A DNA stretch of 62,759 bases, filler included, from Rhabdomonas costata (Eukaryota): the NCBI GenBank assembly GCA_019059605.1. It is 44 parts of 44 records of this genome, joined end to end, with 100 filler letters (N's around TTAATTAATTAA, not from the genome) between each part and the next. Parts side by side here need not be neighbours in the genome. Positions count along the whole stretch, not along the records: positions 1 to 1,330 come from JAHMHO010019196.1; positions 1,431 to 2,760 come from JAHMHO010019197.1; positions 2,861 to 4,190 come from JAHMHO010019198.1; positions 4,291 to 5,619 come from JAHMHO010019199.1; positions 5,720 to 7,049 come from JAHMHO010019200.1; positions 7,150 to 8,478 come from JAHMHO010019201.1; positions 8,579 to 9,908 come from JAHMHO010019202.1; positions 10,009 to 11,339 come from JAHMHO010019203.1; 36 more parts are not named here. One strand, given 5' to 3'. Below, one piece after another: positions 1 to 12,161 of the stretch. The position numbers and the translations under genes were made by a program. Each line of letters begins with the position of its first letter. Position 1 is the first letter of the stretch. Under the pieces are notes generated by a model. The model made no database searches. It worked only from the letters and a program-made list of their open reading frames with translations, and was not told the origin of the DNA.

Positions 1-768
1 GTTGCTTTTTAGTTTACACTGTGAGGTTTGGTGGCGTTACTCCGTTCGTCTGCAGATGAACGCAACAGGTTCTGTTTCCCAACATTTAGGGGTGTTGTGT
101 TTTGTGCCCTACAGACCGTCTTCACAGACCACTCGCTGTTTGGCTTTGCGGACTCCAGCTCTATTCATATGAACAAGGTGTCCTCCGGCTCCAGCTGATT
201 TTTTCGGCGAAATTACAATGGCCTCCAACCTCTCATGATTCACATTACTCGAAACGAGATCCGCACTAACACGACGCCCGCACGAAGCGGGAGCGCGATA
301 TTGCCTGGAAATGTTGGTGCTGCGCTGAAACCAGGCGGAGACGGACAGGGTTTGACATCAGGTATTTTATTCCGCTGAAGCGATAACTCACACTGGTTCT
401 CCGTTTGGTTTTGCATAATGTCACTGTATACGAACAGAAGTTCTGTTTTCGTGCAATTGAATTGCAGTGAAATCCGATGAAATCTGGTTGCAACCTGGAA
501 TGTAGGTGGGCACGTTCCCAGTAACCTCACCAATAACAGTTCAGCCTGGAATCCAGGGAACGTGATTACGCCATTACCTGAACCCCGCCCAAATACAGTG
601 ATTCGAACGACAATGGCCTTCGTCAATATTGGCTTATATAATGCCGGTTAAGGGGTGTTAGCGGGCCCTTTCCCGGAAACCGGAAACCACGGCGAATGGG
701 TCACCTTTTTTCAACTCTTCCTTCTTGGAGTTTTCACCAAGGCTGTCGCTGGCGCCTTATGCAATTAG

Positions 769-980
769 GTCATCGAGTGGGCAGTGTCAGAGATCAGTCA
801 CGTGATCTGCGTCTCGCACACCAGCAAAGAGAACCTCGTTCTGCGTGCCAGCCTGGCTGACCCAGGCAAGGTCTCCGTGATCCCTAACGCTACCGACCCC
901 GTGATGTTCACCCCAAGCCCCGAGACTGTGGACATCAGCTGGGCTGCAGTGCAGACGCTCACCATTGTAGTGATGACGCG
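769..980 (+). CDS. PIGA: Internal exon of the GPI-GlcNAc transferase catalytic subunit (PIG-A/GPI3)
   Basis: [43 protein letters not shown]...TIVVMTR matches the PIG-A motif pattern HxICVSxTSKENxVLRA...VSVIPNA...TIVVxSR. Bounded by tag| at 768 and |gtcctt at 981. Confidence 0.92.
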
Positions 981-1996
981 GTCCTTTTTTTGTGTGTGTG
1001 CCTTGGAGGGTGGGACCAAAATGCCCACTTTGGAGGATATTTTTGGGGAAATGGTTGCGCCCGTCTGGGTTGGTTTCCAGAAAAAAGCGGCGGGGCGGAC
1101 AAACCCCTTTCAGTGAGATTGCGCTCCAAAACAATTGGTTTTACAGCCTTCTCAAACTGCACTGGTTACACTGGCTGCTACCAGTTTTCTTCCCTGTGAG
1201 TTCTTATTTATCGCACATATGCAACTTTGAATTAATAGCAAAGCACCCTGAAGGCCTTGAAAGCTGAAGCAGACCAGGGGTTTTTTAGTGGAGCAGCAGT
1301 TCATTGCTGCTCTCAACACAACACACCACCNNNNNNNNNNNNNNNNNNNNNNNNNNNNNNNNNNNNNNNNNNNNTTAATTAATTAANNNNNNNNNNNNNN
1401 NNNNNNNNNNNNNNNNNNNNNNNNNNNNNNGGTTGGGCGATCAGAGATATCCGGATCCAGACTCTGTTGAAAGTTCTTTCTTCAGACACCATGGCTTACC
1501 ACTCTTCTACAGTCCCGGCTTATACCAGAGTTGTCGGACATATCGTCGGACATTCCATCACAAGAATGGACCCATCAGATCGAGTTGTCACTGCAGAAAG
1601 GATGTCAAGCAATATGTGCTGTATGAGGTGATGCCGCACCTTAGAAAAAATGAGACACAGCAAAGCGTTCCTGTGCCCAAACATCTCATCTCACCCAGGG
1701 ATCTGATCTCCTCTGCGCGTACGGACTGTCTCTTTTTCGGCGCACCATATTCTAGATTGATCACTAGCCCGTCATTTCAAAGTGCTCGCATCTTCGTTTT
1801 TTACATGAGTGCGTGGACCTTGTTCCCGAAGTCACGCGATGCGGTGTGTGCATCCATTTAAACGTCAGCCTGGGCGTGCCATAGGCCGTGGCCAGGACAA
1901 TCTTGGACATGCTTCCGTCACCACACCAGGGCGCACAACACTGCAGCGCCGGATCTCGGATTTTGCATTTGTACATCCATGCGCATCATGACCTAC

Positions 1997-2595
1997 CTCC
2001 TTGTAGCCCCTCTGCTCAGGCCAGCACTGGCAAAGCTCCCAAAACAGCCCGTTTGTCAGGAACACAGTGCGGACACTGGGCCCACCGGGGCTGTCACCTG
2101 CATAAAGAGCGACACCAACATCGACCCAAAACAAAGGGCGCGCGTTCTGGAAACTGAGCAGAGAAGGAACGGCAAAGGAAAAGACACAAAAAACAAGGAA
2201 CACGCTGGGAGAATGTGAGTCGGAGACAAAGCAAAGGTAAGCATCCAAAAGAGCACAAGAAAAGTGCAGTTCAATCCCAGAAAACACAAAACTCTGAAAA
2301 CGCTGTGCAGGCACCTTCCAGAAGCTCAGCATAGGCCAAGGCTCGGTCATCGCCTGTGAACGGCCCTGGAGTAATGCTGATAATCACCACCACCTGGGAG
2401 GGAAAACGAAATCGTATATGGATGAGTCGTGAGCCGTGAAATGTGGGACACCGGAAATAGCCTGATAGTGGTTCATAATCCGCAAAGCCGCTTGTCAAGA
2501 CGGACGGTGAAGAATCTCCATGGGCACACCTGCAAAGAGCCCACGCGCACGTAGAGCCTGTCACGACCAAGGTCCACGGAGACGCCACCAACGAA
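1997..2595 (-). CDS. Three phase-compatible exons of an unknown protein (2595-2530, 2393-2315, 2097-1997)
   Basis: GT-AG boundaries join in frame: FVGGVSVDLGRDRLYVRVGSLQ|VVVIISITPGPFTGDDRALAYAELLE-G|DSPGGPSVRTVFLTNGLFWELCQCWPEQRGYKE. Family not recognised. Confidence 0.6.
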
Positions 2596-2880
2596 CTGTT
2601 GAAAGAGGCAGGCACGGAGAGCACACACGAAGTCTGTCCAAATCAACATGACGACCAAACCATGGTTGAATCTAATGAAAATATATGCGACTATCATACG
2701 GAGCTCATCTTCTCAAAATGCAGGGCAAGGAAAAAGAACGCATCCCCAGAAAACCCCCCCNNNNNNNNNNNNNNNNNNNNNNNNNNNNNNNNNNNNNNNN
2801 NNNNTTAATTAATTAANNNNNNNNNNNNNNNNNNNNNNNNNNNNNNNNNNNNNNNNNNNNTGTGTTGAGTGAGTTTGGTT

Positions 2881-2957
2881 TTTTGGGGAAAGCAACTCGC
2901 AATGGGTCATCCTCATAAATGGCATTGATGTCCCATTGCGAGTTGCTTTCCTCAAAA
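2881..2957. repeat. Contig-end inverted repeat (26-bp arms, 1 mismatch), probable amplification fold-back
   Basis: ttttggggaaagcaactcgcaatggg / cccattgcgagttgctttcctcaaaa, next to a G/T tail. Confidence 0.85.
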
Positions 2958-3160
2958 TTCTGGTCCACATCCCGTTCAGCAGGCGCATCGTGATGTTGGA
3001 AGTCATGATCCACTGCTTGCTATTGGTGAGCCGGGGCATTGAAATCTCCAAGTTTAAACCTCAGTTCTTGTTCCAATTCCCGTTGTTCCTCTACTTGAAG
3101 AACGGTGTCATCGGCCTGCTCATGCTGGAACAGCTGTCCTACGTGGTCCAGCTCCCTCGT

Positions 3161-4161
3161 CTAGAATGGAATCAGCTTGCTGGAATGGAAGACGTGCCTC
3201 ATCTCCTTCCGGATGCTTGCATGGATTTCAGTCTCAAATGTGTTCTTCGTAATATGCCTCTTGATATTGTAAGGACAAACAGCCTTCGGTTCCAGTGGGC
3301 CATCGGGGCCCAGCTGGTTCCGATGGTGCTTCTGCTGGTTGATCAAGACGTCATGCCCACAAATTGATACTTTGCACGCTTGCGGTTGCCGAACTCCTCT
3401 GCCATTTCCAGTTCATGGTACATGGCACGGTACACAAATGCCCAGTCGGAGTTCAGCTGTGCAAGCCATTCCTTGATCGTCACCGTGTTCTCGCCGGTTA
3501 GCCTCTCCTCGTCGAAGTTTGGGGACGTCAAAGAAGAAGCAAAGGTGGTAGCCCATGTTCAAGAAGTATGGGCTGAGCTCTGTGCCTCCGAGGGGGGCGT
3601 ATGGCGATCTCAACAAATTCCAGCAGGCGAAGCCAGTTGGGAAGCCTCGCATCAATGACTTACTGCATTTTGGCGATAAAATTGTCCGCAGCACCTGCTT
3701 CATTGTCTGGTTCGTTCTCTCCGTGGCGCCATTCGCCTGCGTATGTAACGGGGAAGCCACGCGCTGCTTGATTTCCATCATGTAGCACAACGCCTTCCAG
3801 AAAGCGCTAGTGACATTGTCGGAAATGATGCTGGATGGCAATCCACTGTGGCGCACCACCTCGTGCAAAAACAGTTCTGCCACTTCGGGTGCCTTCACAT
3901 TTTCCGAGCAGTGAATCACTTTGAAGCACTGTCATTGAAGGTCAGAACCTGATTAAAAATCTGCCCCTGTGCCGTTTTAACCGTCGGCAGGTTCGTCCAT
4001 TCCAAGAAAATTGACTTCCACTGTCTCATGGGCATCTCCAATTGTTCCATGTGGCCTGGGTGAAGATGATGTTGTGCCTTGGCCTGTTGACATGTCACGC
4101 AAGTCCTGCAATAACGGCTCACAAGCCTCCGGAGTTGTTCAATTCGGTACCGTCTCATCAC
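3161..4161 (-). mobile_element. Degraded Ty3/Gypsy integrase (zinc-finger cysteines, rve core, GPY/F-like C-terminus)
   Basis: YCRTCVTCQQAK; VAELFLHEVVRHSGLPSSIISD; HTQANGATERTNQTMKQVLR; LEPKAVCPYNIK...HVFHSSKLIPF. Spread over several frames with stops. Confidence 0.92.
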
Positions 4162-4466
4162 CAGGAAGATAGTACGATTGACTCCCCAACNNNNNNNNNN
4201 NNNNNNNNNNNNNNNNNNNNNNNNNNNNNNNNNNTTAATTAATTAANNNNNNNNNNNNNNNNNNNNNNNNNNNNNNNNNNNNNNNNNNNNCTGAACATTA
4301 GTGATTTGCCAGAAGGGGTGCATTTCACCAGGGGTGCGTCTGTTTGCACGCCTGAAGGTACTTGCGGTCCACTCATACCAGACCCGCCCTTAGGTAGCCG
4401 GTGCCTGGGATCCACCTTCGATCTCAACTGGTCGCAGCAAAGTGAAGAAAGGGCAGGGGAATGGAC

Positions 4467-4609
4467 CTTCCAATCATCATCACAAGGCCTACGCCGTAGA
4501 GGCCAGCTCCGGCGGCAAAGTAGGGGTTCCCCTGCAAGAAGCTGGGCAGAGTCAGTCCGCTGGTCATACTGGACGCCAAGTCCGCGTAATTGCCCGCGGA
4601 CATGGCCAT
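4467..4609 (-). CDS. BCS1: First coding exon of the mitochondrial AAA chaperone BCS1
   Basis: MAMSAG...LQGNPYFAAGAGLYGVGLVMMIGR contains the BCS1 N-terminal NPYFxAGxGL motif and transmembrane segment. Donor ag|gtccat at 4466. Confidence 0.85.
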
Positions 4610-5777
4610 TGGCAACGACAAACAGCGACAAGAGCAACAGGGGGGGGGAGGAGAGGGAACCGGTGGTGTGTAGACAAAAACCTGACAAGACAGCCGAAAG
4701 TTTTGGTGGAAAAATTCCACGGGTCCCAAATAATAGCTAACGACTTACAATTTACAGTAATGCCTCAAATGGTTTTGCTTTTTAAGTTACCAGTGTGGCT
4801 GGCGTGGTGGGTCAATGACGTTTTCACTTGATCGCTGCGCAGATCTATTGTATCACTGTGTTAGCTTGACCGTTCCGTCATTAAAACCCTCCACATCTGC
4901 TACTACCTCGCTAAACAATTCGGGAAAGAGGAATTCCCGGATAGCAAGAGATTATGCCGCCTCATCCCTTTGGTATGTTTTGATCAAGTCACCTTAATGG
5001 TTTGAGATAGCAATGGCAAGAAGTGGACCCCCCACCTCCCTCGCCCCTGTTCCGGACAATTCGTCCAGAAACAATTTCCCCCAGCCTGACCAGTTGATGA
5101 CATCCCCTGCAGAAGGTGCTCCAAAAAAAAACAAGCACACGAAACTAACGACGGTGCCACGAGCACTGCATCGCCCACATGACAAGCAACGAGAAGGGAA
5201 ATTTTTGTGAGCAGACAAGGGTCGTGGCTCGAGGGAGTGGGCGGCCAGCGGGGCAGTAGCCCGAATGAGAGAGAAGAAATCGGGCCTCCCGTCCGTGGCC
5301 TTAGGAGAGACGCGCAAACAATGCGAAGCTCACCGCATCGGATGCACACCGGACTACTTCATTCTCAAATGTATCCACGGATGCAGTTCTGTACAAATGG
5401 CGTGAGACACACTTGTGCGTCCCTGCTGTCCAAATATAATTGGACGGGCAAAATACGTCCCCCCTCCCCTCACATCACCCTCCGAAGAAGAAGAAAGCGC
5501 CGAGCAACGCCGAGACAATTATTATGTGTTATCGATCTCAATTGACCCTTTAGGCTGTTTCCGGTAATGGACATGATCTGGCACCGTGATTCATCGGAGC
5601 CCCGAATCGAGTGCCAAAANNNNNNNNNNNNNNNNNNNNNNNNNNNNNNNNNNNNNNNNNNNNTTAATTAATTAANNNNNNNNNNNNNNNNNNNNNNNNN
5701 NNNNNNNNNNNNNNNNNNNAGCAATTGTCACACCAGGGGCTTTTTTCTCACCCACCTGTGTGATGCCTTTTTCACCG

Positions 5778-6949
5778 CCAGCTGGATGAGAACATCCGGG
5801 GCAGCAAATACGGATTCTGCCTCTTGGATCTTCGAATTCAGCGAGAGTCACGGAGCCCCACGCCCCGGCCATCCCGTATGCTTTGTATGCTTCGGCCCTG
5901 GTGTGTTGCTGTTCCCTTCTTTTCGGAAACGTTCCCCAATCAGGAGCGGGTCTTGGCTCCTCATGAATTCCTGCCCTAGTTCTCGTACAACAACCGATGA
6001 AGGTAAGAAGTGGCACGCAGGATGAATGCCTCTGCCTGGTGGTTGTGCAATATGGCCCCCCTGCTCCGGGGTCAAGTGCGAAATCCCTGATCCGGAGTCT
6101 TGGGTGCTTCGGGAAATGATACTGGTCTAGCATGAGGCGGAAGGGCACCATATAGCCGCCGTAGTCCCCTGGTGAGAGGGTTTGGTTTTGTTCTGGCATG
6201 GAATTCGAAGGCTACGCTAGTTTAAAAGCGGTGCGCCGGGAAGCGTGCACGCGAGGCGAGAAATAAGAACAAAAGGGAACATCATCAGGGAAACAAACCT
6301 GCACATGACAGCAATGTAACAAAGCGTCACGTGTGCGCGGTTTCTGTCCCCGGTCCACACACAAGAATTGTACAATACGCCGAGGTCACCCCTTCACTAC
6401 CGCCCTCTCTTGTCATGACTCCTTCCTTGCCTGTGCACTGTGCACTCTCTCAATTGTAGCCGTGGTGTGAGCCCTTTGGTTCAAGTGCAAGGTCAGTAAA
6501 CTATTTTGCCTTAACATGCTTGTGTTAATTACCCATGACCCTCCCCTATCATTTGGTTATCCCAAGTGAAGTATTTGTGGATTTTTAGTGCGCCACTCTT
6601 TGCTTCCTTTTTTAGAGTGGAATGCATTGCCGCGACGTTTTTTGTTTTTACGACTTTTATTATCCTTCGTTGAAAAATCCTTCCTACATGTTTTCAACGT
6701 GACTTTTCATTCATGTGCTCACCTTTACCCTTTTCTATTCTTTGCTCATTTATACCAAGGAACTGACCTCAACAGTCTTGGAGACGAGCTCAATTTGAAT
6801 ATCTTAGCCGCAAACCAACAATGAAAATAGAAAATTCAACACCATACGGTGGTGCAACACGTTTTTGCATGTCCAGCTGGATGAGAACATCCGGGGCAGC
6901 AGACGAGGATTCTGCCTCTTGGATCTTCGAATTCAGCGAGAGTCACGGA
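5778..6949. repeat. 77-bp dispersed direct repeat (5778-5854 and 6873-6949)
   Basis: ccagctggatgagaacatccggggcagca...ggattctgcctcttggatcttcgaattcagcgagagtcacgga occurs twice, differing only in one short central patch. Confidence 0.95.
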
Positions 6950-7766
6950 CGCTTTTCTGGCAAAATCCATTCTCCTGCCTGTATTCCAGGCACTTAATGC
7001 GCCAAATATTTCTCGAGGCATAACCCCTTCCCACTCCCCCACCCCGGCCNNNNNNNNNNNNNNNNNNNNNNNNNNNNNNNNNNNNNNNNNNNNTTAATTA
7101 ATTAANNNNNNNNNNNNNNNNNNNNNNNNNNNNNNNNNNNNNNNNNNNNGCCATGCGCTGTGACTTGTACGGTTTTGAATGGTTGTCGATGGGAAACGGG
7201 GAATTGGTTGGTATTGTGTGAACCAACCCGACCTTTTCTTTCTGCGCCAATCTGTGCATCGCTGTGCTGTTGTTATGCCGCGGAGTAGGGGAAGAGGAAT
7301 GGCACCTGAGCTCAGAGTAGGCTGTCAGTGCATTGCAAATGAAGGAACTCTTGCCAATGTTGCCCATGAGCTGTGGTGTATACTAGATGCGTAGAAATTT
7401 TGGATCAGCATAAAGTTTGGATTCACGGAACACAAAAATTAAGTGATGCGAAAGCGGATAGTTCGGGACTGGGAACTGGCAATATCCCGCTGGGGATGGC
7501 ATCAGCGGTTGATCCTATTCCAGGTACCAAAGCAGTTTGGCAGAAACATGCCCTCCCGCTCTTCTCGTCTCATCCTCTCGGCCGATTGACAGAATGGGGC
7601 AGGGAAGAGACCGTATCCCCTGTCCCCTCCGATTCCCTTCCAGCTCGTTTGGTAGCCCGAGTGCTTTGCACGGTCCTTCATCTGCGGCGACCTGAGGGGC
7701 AACCCACTCGGTGCCTCCCCTCACTGGCTCCCAATGTGCATACAAATGTGCATCGCGGCATCCTCC

Positions 7767-8427
7767 ATGTGGCCTCGATCATTGTTTCTTCTGCTGCCGC
7801 TCCTGTTTTTGTTGGAACCGGGAAACACCCTGCGCGGAGCCCTGGAGGACGCTGCCCACGACCTTCGGTTTGAGCTTTGCACCCGTATCTACGACGGTCT
7901 TCTGGCGGAGCTCAGACCTGTGGGGGATCATTGTTTCCGCCTCTTTGAGGCTTCTCACGGCCGCAGGAGGAGTTTCTCCATGGCTGCCCCCCGCGGCGGT
8001 AGCGGGGCTGTTATAGCGAAGGAGCATTGCGAGTCCCCAGACAGCCCAAAGGTTTCGATGGTGTACGTCCGAAAGGTGCTGAAGAGTCTGTGCGATCCTT
8101 TTTCGAAGGTGTGTCTTCCGTATCGCCTCGCAAGGGACTCTGTGTCGTGTGTAAGCTCCCTCAGGTCACCTGGAATCGCAACTTCTCCGCTTTTCAACCG
8201 ATGTTAGTCACGATGTTTTCTGACGAGCCACCTTTGCGAAGAATCGGGCCGGACCCTTGCCGATTTCTCCCCGGTGTTTTCAGAGCAATGTCCTTCCGCG
8301 GGCGCCATGGGCGCTGCAGGAGGACAACTCCACTCGGCGCTATGTCCTTCACACTGGCACCTTAGCCGCCGAGGCCACCCCAACTTGGCAAATGCAAGCT
8401 GTGCAGCAGAGCTGTGAGCTAGCCTCC
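7767..8427 (+). CDS. Secreted or ER protein, probably saposin-like (Canopy/DUF3456/MZB1-type); exons about 7767-8108 and 8284-8427
   Basis: Signal peptide MWPRSLFLLLPLLFLL, then LRFELCTRIYDGLL, VRKVLKSLCD|gtgtgt, and ttttcag|SNVLP...QAVQQSC. Helix and cysteine spacing resembles a saposin-B fold with an insert. Confidence 0.55.
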
Positions 8428-8901
8428 GTAAGCTTGGCCCAGCGGATGTCCGCTAAGGCAACCGCTCCCCACCCCCACNNNNNNNNNNNNNNNNNNNNNN
8501 NNNNNNNNNNNNNNNNNNNNNNTTAATTAATTAANNNNNNNNNNNNNNNNNNNNNNNNNNNNNNNNNNNNNNNNNNNNTTTTGCGTTGTTTTAGAACGTT
8601 GTGACCGAAAATAGATTGTGTTGGTTCTCTTTCGTAACGTAGCGTAAACGTATTCTGGCGCAAGTGACGAGGCCAATGGGTTATTGACGTCGCGTACTGA
8701 TGACGATTGCGACGATTGTTTCTCCGCTGGGGGAGCGGGGATTTCCCCCGAGATTCAGAATTCAGATGTGTTTAAGTTTTGACTTGGGGGGGGGGGGTTG
8801 ACTTTGTTCGGTGTTTCCCCTTTATGGCGTTTTTTTCTTCTGTTTTTCCGTGGTTTGCGGTGGGTAAAGTTGGATTGGGTTGATGCTGTATGGGATGCCA
8901 G

Positions 8902-9506
8902 GCGGAGTTCATCTCTGTGGAGGAAGACGGCTGTTTCTCACCCTCGCTCCCAGCAGCTTGGGTGGAGCTGACAGTGCTTCTGCTGCACTCCCATCTTTCC
9001 ACTTGCATGACGAAAGAGCTGGGGAGCCAGTTTGCCAACCTTCTGTGTGAACTTATCCGGGGTTCTCTTGGAGCGGTGCACAGGTACCGTGCCGTGATGC
9101 AGGAATATATCCCCCCACCCCCGAAAAATAACGCTCGCTCATCCTTGCTCGCACCCGTCATCCAATTTTAAGCGTCAGCTGTCAGCCGTAATCCACCTCA
9201 GCTCCAGCTCTCCTTGCTGGAAGCATTTTTCGGTCGCGGGGTACTTCCAGAAAAATCCCCTCGTCCAGGTTTTCAGCAAATATTGTATGTGTATTTGTGT
9301 GTGTGCGCGCGAAACCCTGGCATATGCATTAGCATCCATACGCGCAGGCTTTCAGGTTGGCACGGCGTGGTGCGAAATCTCGCTTTGTGCTGCTCGGAGG
9401 CCATCGTACCGGTTCCAGGGCCTCCGCTGCAGCGCTCTGTCGTCCTGCCAGGGCTGTTGCTGCTGCACCCGCTGCTCAGCGATAACATGCCCACCAAAAT
9501 CGATGG
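8902..9506 (+). CDS. Two exons of an unknown helical protein (8902-9083, 9348-9506)
   Basis: ccag|AEFISVEE...GAVH-R |gtaccg ... cgcag| LSGWHGVV...TKIDG |gtgaga. The phase-2 junction is compatible. Confidence 0.55.
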
Positions 9507-10625
9507 GTGAGATCCCTCACATATCCTTTTTCCCACCTGCGGAATGGCCAAATTGCGACAGCAGTTCGTCTCTCTAATTGCTTTCCGTGGACTTTAACGT
9601 TCTCTCGCTCTCCCCAATGTTCACCTCCTTCCCCGCCATTCTATTTCAACTTTCTCCACGCGTTCTGTGCTGTGTCCCTTGTCATCTGCTTTCGTTGTTG
9701 CGCAAAAATGGTATCACTGAAACCTGAACCTGAATCCTCAGCCTGAGCACGCACATTTGCAAAGAGCGACAGGAGCTTGGCGAAGGGAGGGGCCTCCCAA
9801 CCTGGCCCGACAGAATGTTACGCTTTTAGGGTTCCAAGCTTTTTGGCACTTTTTCGGTACAATATTTTAAGCATGACCTCGGGTATAATTATGGATCTCC
9901 AACAACACNNNNNNNNNNNNNNNNNNNNNNNNNNNNNNNNNNNNNNNNNNNNTTAATTAATTAANNNNNNNNNNNNNNNNNNNNNNNNNNNNNNNNNNNN
10001 NNNNNNNNGGTGGTGGGGATACGATGGTGCGGCGCATCATTATTCTCTTTTAAAGAAGGCGGTGACGCAGGTCACGGCGGGGGAAGATAAAGGCAGTGCT
10101 GAGGCAAACGTAAACCGCATGAAAACCCTGAAATATTATTGCTCCCGTGGGAAGGGTGGTTCTCCAGAAGTCTTGGTTTGCCGAGACTCGAAGGCACACC
10201 GAACCCATAAAATAATTCCGTCCGTCCATCCATCCAGCCCCCCAAAAAGCCATTTCAAGAGTGTGTAACAACTACCCCATAATACTCCTTTTATAAATGT
10301 CACAGATGCGTGTGTCAACAAGTGCACAGACCACCTGCGAACCTCAGGGTTCCGAGCTGGGATCGTACGGTTTTCAAAGCCCAGAAGACATTGGGGCGTA
10401 AAGAGTTGGAACAGGAGGGTCATCGAAACTCCGCGGTTATTTACTGACCTGGGCCACCAATTATCTTGCACCCATCATATCCTCAGCACAATAAGGCACA
10501 TTTGCACAAGGGTTCTAATTGCCCAGTAAGAAGTAGATGGCACGGGCAGAACAGAGAGAACCCGTAAGAACGCTTTTCGCAGGCGTGCACACACACGCAA
10601 TTGCACCGACTCGCGCACTCTCCAC

Positions 10626-10653
10626 CACACACACACACACACACACACACACA
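10626..10653. repeat. (CA)n microsatellite
   Basis: About 14 CA units. Confidence 0.95.
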
Positions 10654-11691
10654 AATACGCACACACCTCAGGACACAACGTGGAGGTGTGAGAAAAAGAA
10701 AAAATGGAAAGAGGGGAGAACGGGAGGGTGCTGCGAAGGAACACCACAGATTGCAGCACAACTGCGTCGCAGAAAGTAAGGCCCAAAAGCAAAACAAAAA
10801 GTGCAGAATACTGCACACTCATATCTTTGGAGAAGAGCCTGGAGAATCCTCAGGAGACAGGCAAACTGATAGCCCGAAACACGCATATGCAAATTCGTAG
10901 AACCGCACCTCTCGTCCATGAGTAGCGCCCACCAGTCTGATTAGAACCCTCTCGTCTTGATTCTCAAACCAAGACTCAGCAGAGCCTTTGCAGAACCCCT
11001 TAGCAAACGAAAGAATCCGTCCTACGAAGCTCACTCAGAGTAACGATCCATCAGCTATCCTTATAGTCCAGATAACCCCTGGAAGACGCATTGCCCACTA
11101 ACCCTTTATCCCCAATCAAAATTGGAACTTACGAGCAAACGTTGATACAAAAATCTCTCAGCTGACGCTGCTGCTGATGAAAGAACTATGCCCATTGACC
11201 AAAAGTGCGTACTGCATATACATGTATCGGACTAGAGCGTTCTGATGACCCGAATTCATCTCCCAGCAAGGGATATAAAAAACGATAAGCACAGGATATA
11301 CCGTGCTCTCGAGCACACGCGCTACCCCCTTTCCCGGAANNNNNNNNNNNNNNNNNNNNNNNNNNNNNNNNNNNNNNNNNNNNTTAATTAATTAANNNNN
11401 NNNNNNNNNNNNNNNNNNNNNNNNNNNNNNNNNNNNNNNTGTTTGTTGTACGGAATTTGGTCACTTGAAAACTCTGCCAGTTAACGGCTCCGAACGTGCA
11501 TCGCTCTTTTGTGGGCAGTTCCAAACTCCGAGGCTTGGGACGCGCCGTTTGTGCGCGAATTGACACGCCGCATCCAACGCAAGCAAAGTAGCAAACGCTA
11601 CTCAAGCCTATTCAAACACGACAGCCCAGAATCCCGTGATCCGAAGTGTTCAAAGCTCGCTGGAGCACAGCTCGTCATAAAAAAGCTTGAC

Positions 11692-11850
11692 CTTGCAGGC
11701 ATTGCACCTAAGTCTGCGCTCGACGGCAGGGTCATTGTAGTCAGGTGTTAAGGCAAACATGTCCGGTGGTGCTTGGCGTGCATCCTCCGACGGGCGGGCC
11801 ACCGCACACCACACCACACCCAAGAATACGAGCAAGTGAACCTCACCCAT
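11692..11850 (-). CDS. First coding exon B of a saposin-like (Canopy/MZB1-type) secreted protein
   Basis: MGEVHLLVFLGVVWCAVA (signal peptide)...PDYNDPAVERRLRCNACK, then aag|gtcaag. LRCxAC resembles the MZB1/Canopy N-terminal CxxC. Confidence 0.75.
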
Positions 11851-12017
11851 TTTTGACTGCTGAAAAAACTTCTGATTCGAGAAAAATATGTGGGCAGTGA
11901 ACGCTTGCAGCATCAAGGTGGAGAAATGAAAGACTGCTTTGGTCCAGTATGGCTCACCAAGCGAGAAAAATGACGACAGGAATTCCGCTCTCTAAAATGT
12001 TGCGAACACAGCCTCAC

Positions 12018-12161
12018 CTTGCAGGCATTGCAGTGGAGTCTCCTGGCAACGTCTGGGCTGCTGTAGTCTGGAAGCTGCTGAAGCTGGTCCTCGGTTGGTT
12101 CATAAGACGAGATGGGAGGCAAAAAGACCGCACAAAGCCAGACAGCCACACAAAACCACAT
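12018..12161 (-). CDS. First coding exon A, paralogous to exon B
   Basis: MWFCVAVWLCAVFLPPISS (signal peptide)...PDYSSPDVARRLHCNACK, then aag|gtgagg. Confidence 0.75.

Noticed and set aside
10920-11150. Possible LTR start (TGTATCAAC, minus strand) with a PBS-like TGGTGGGCGCT
   Set aside because: No LTR 3' CA boundary, no second LTR and no gag similarity could be established.
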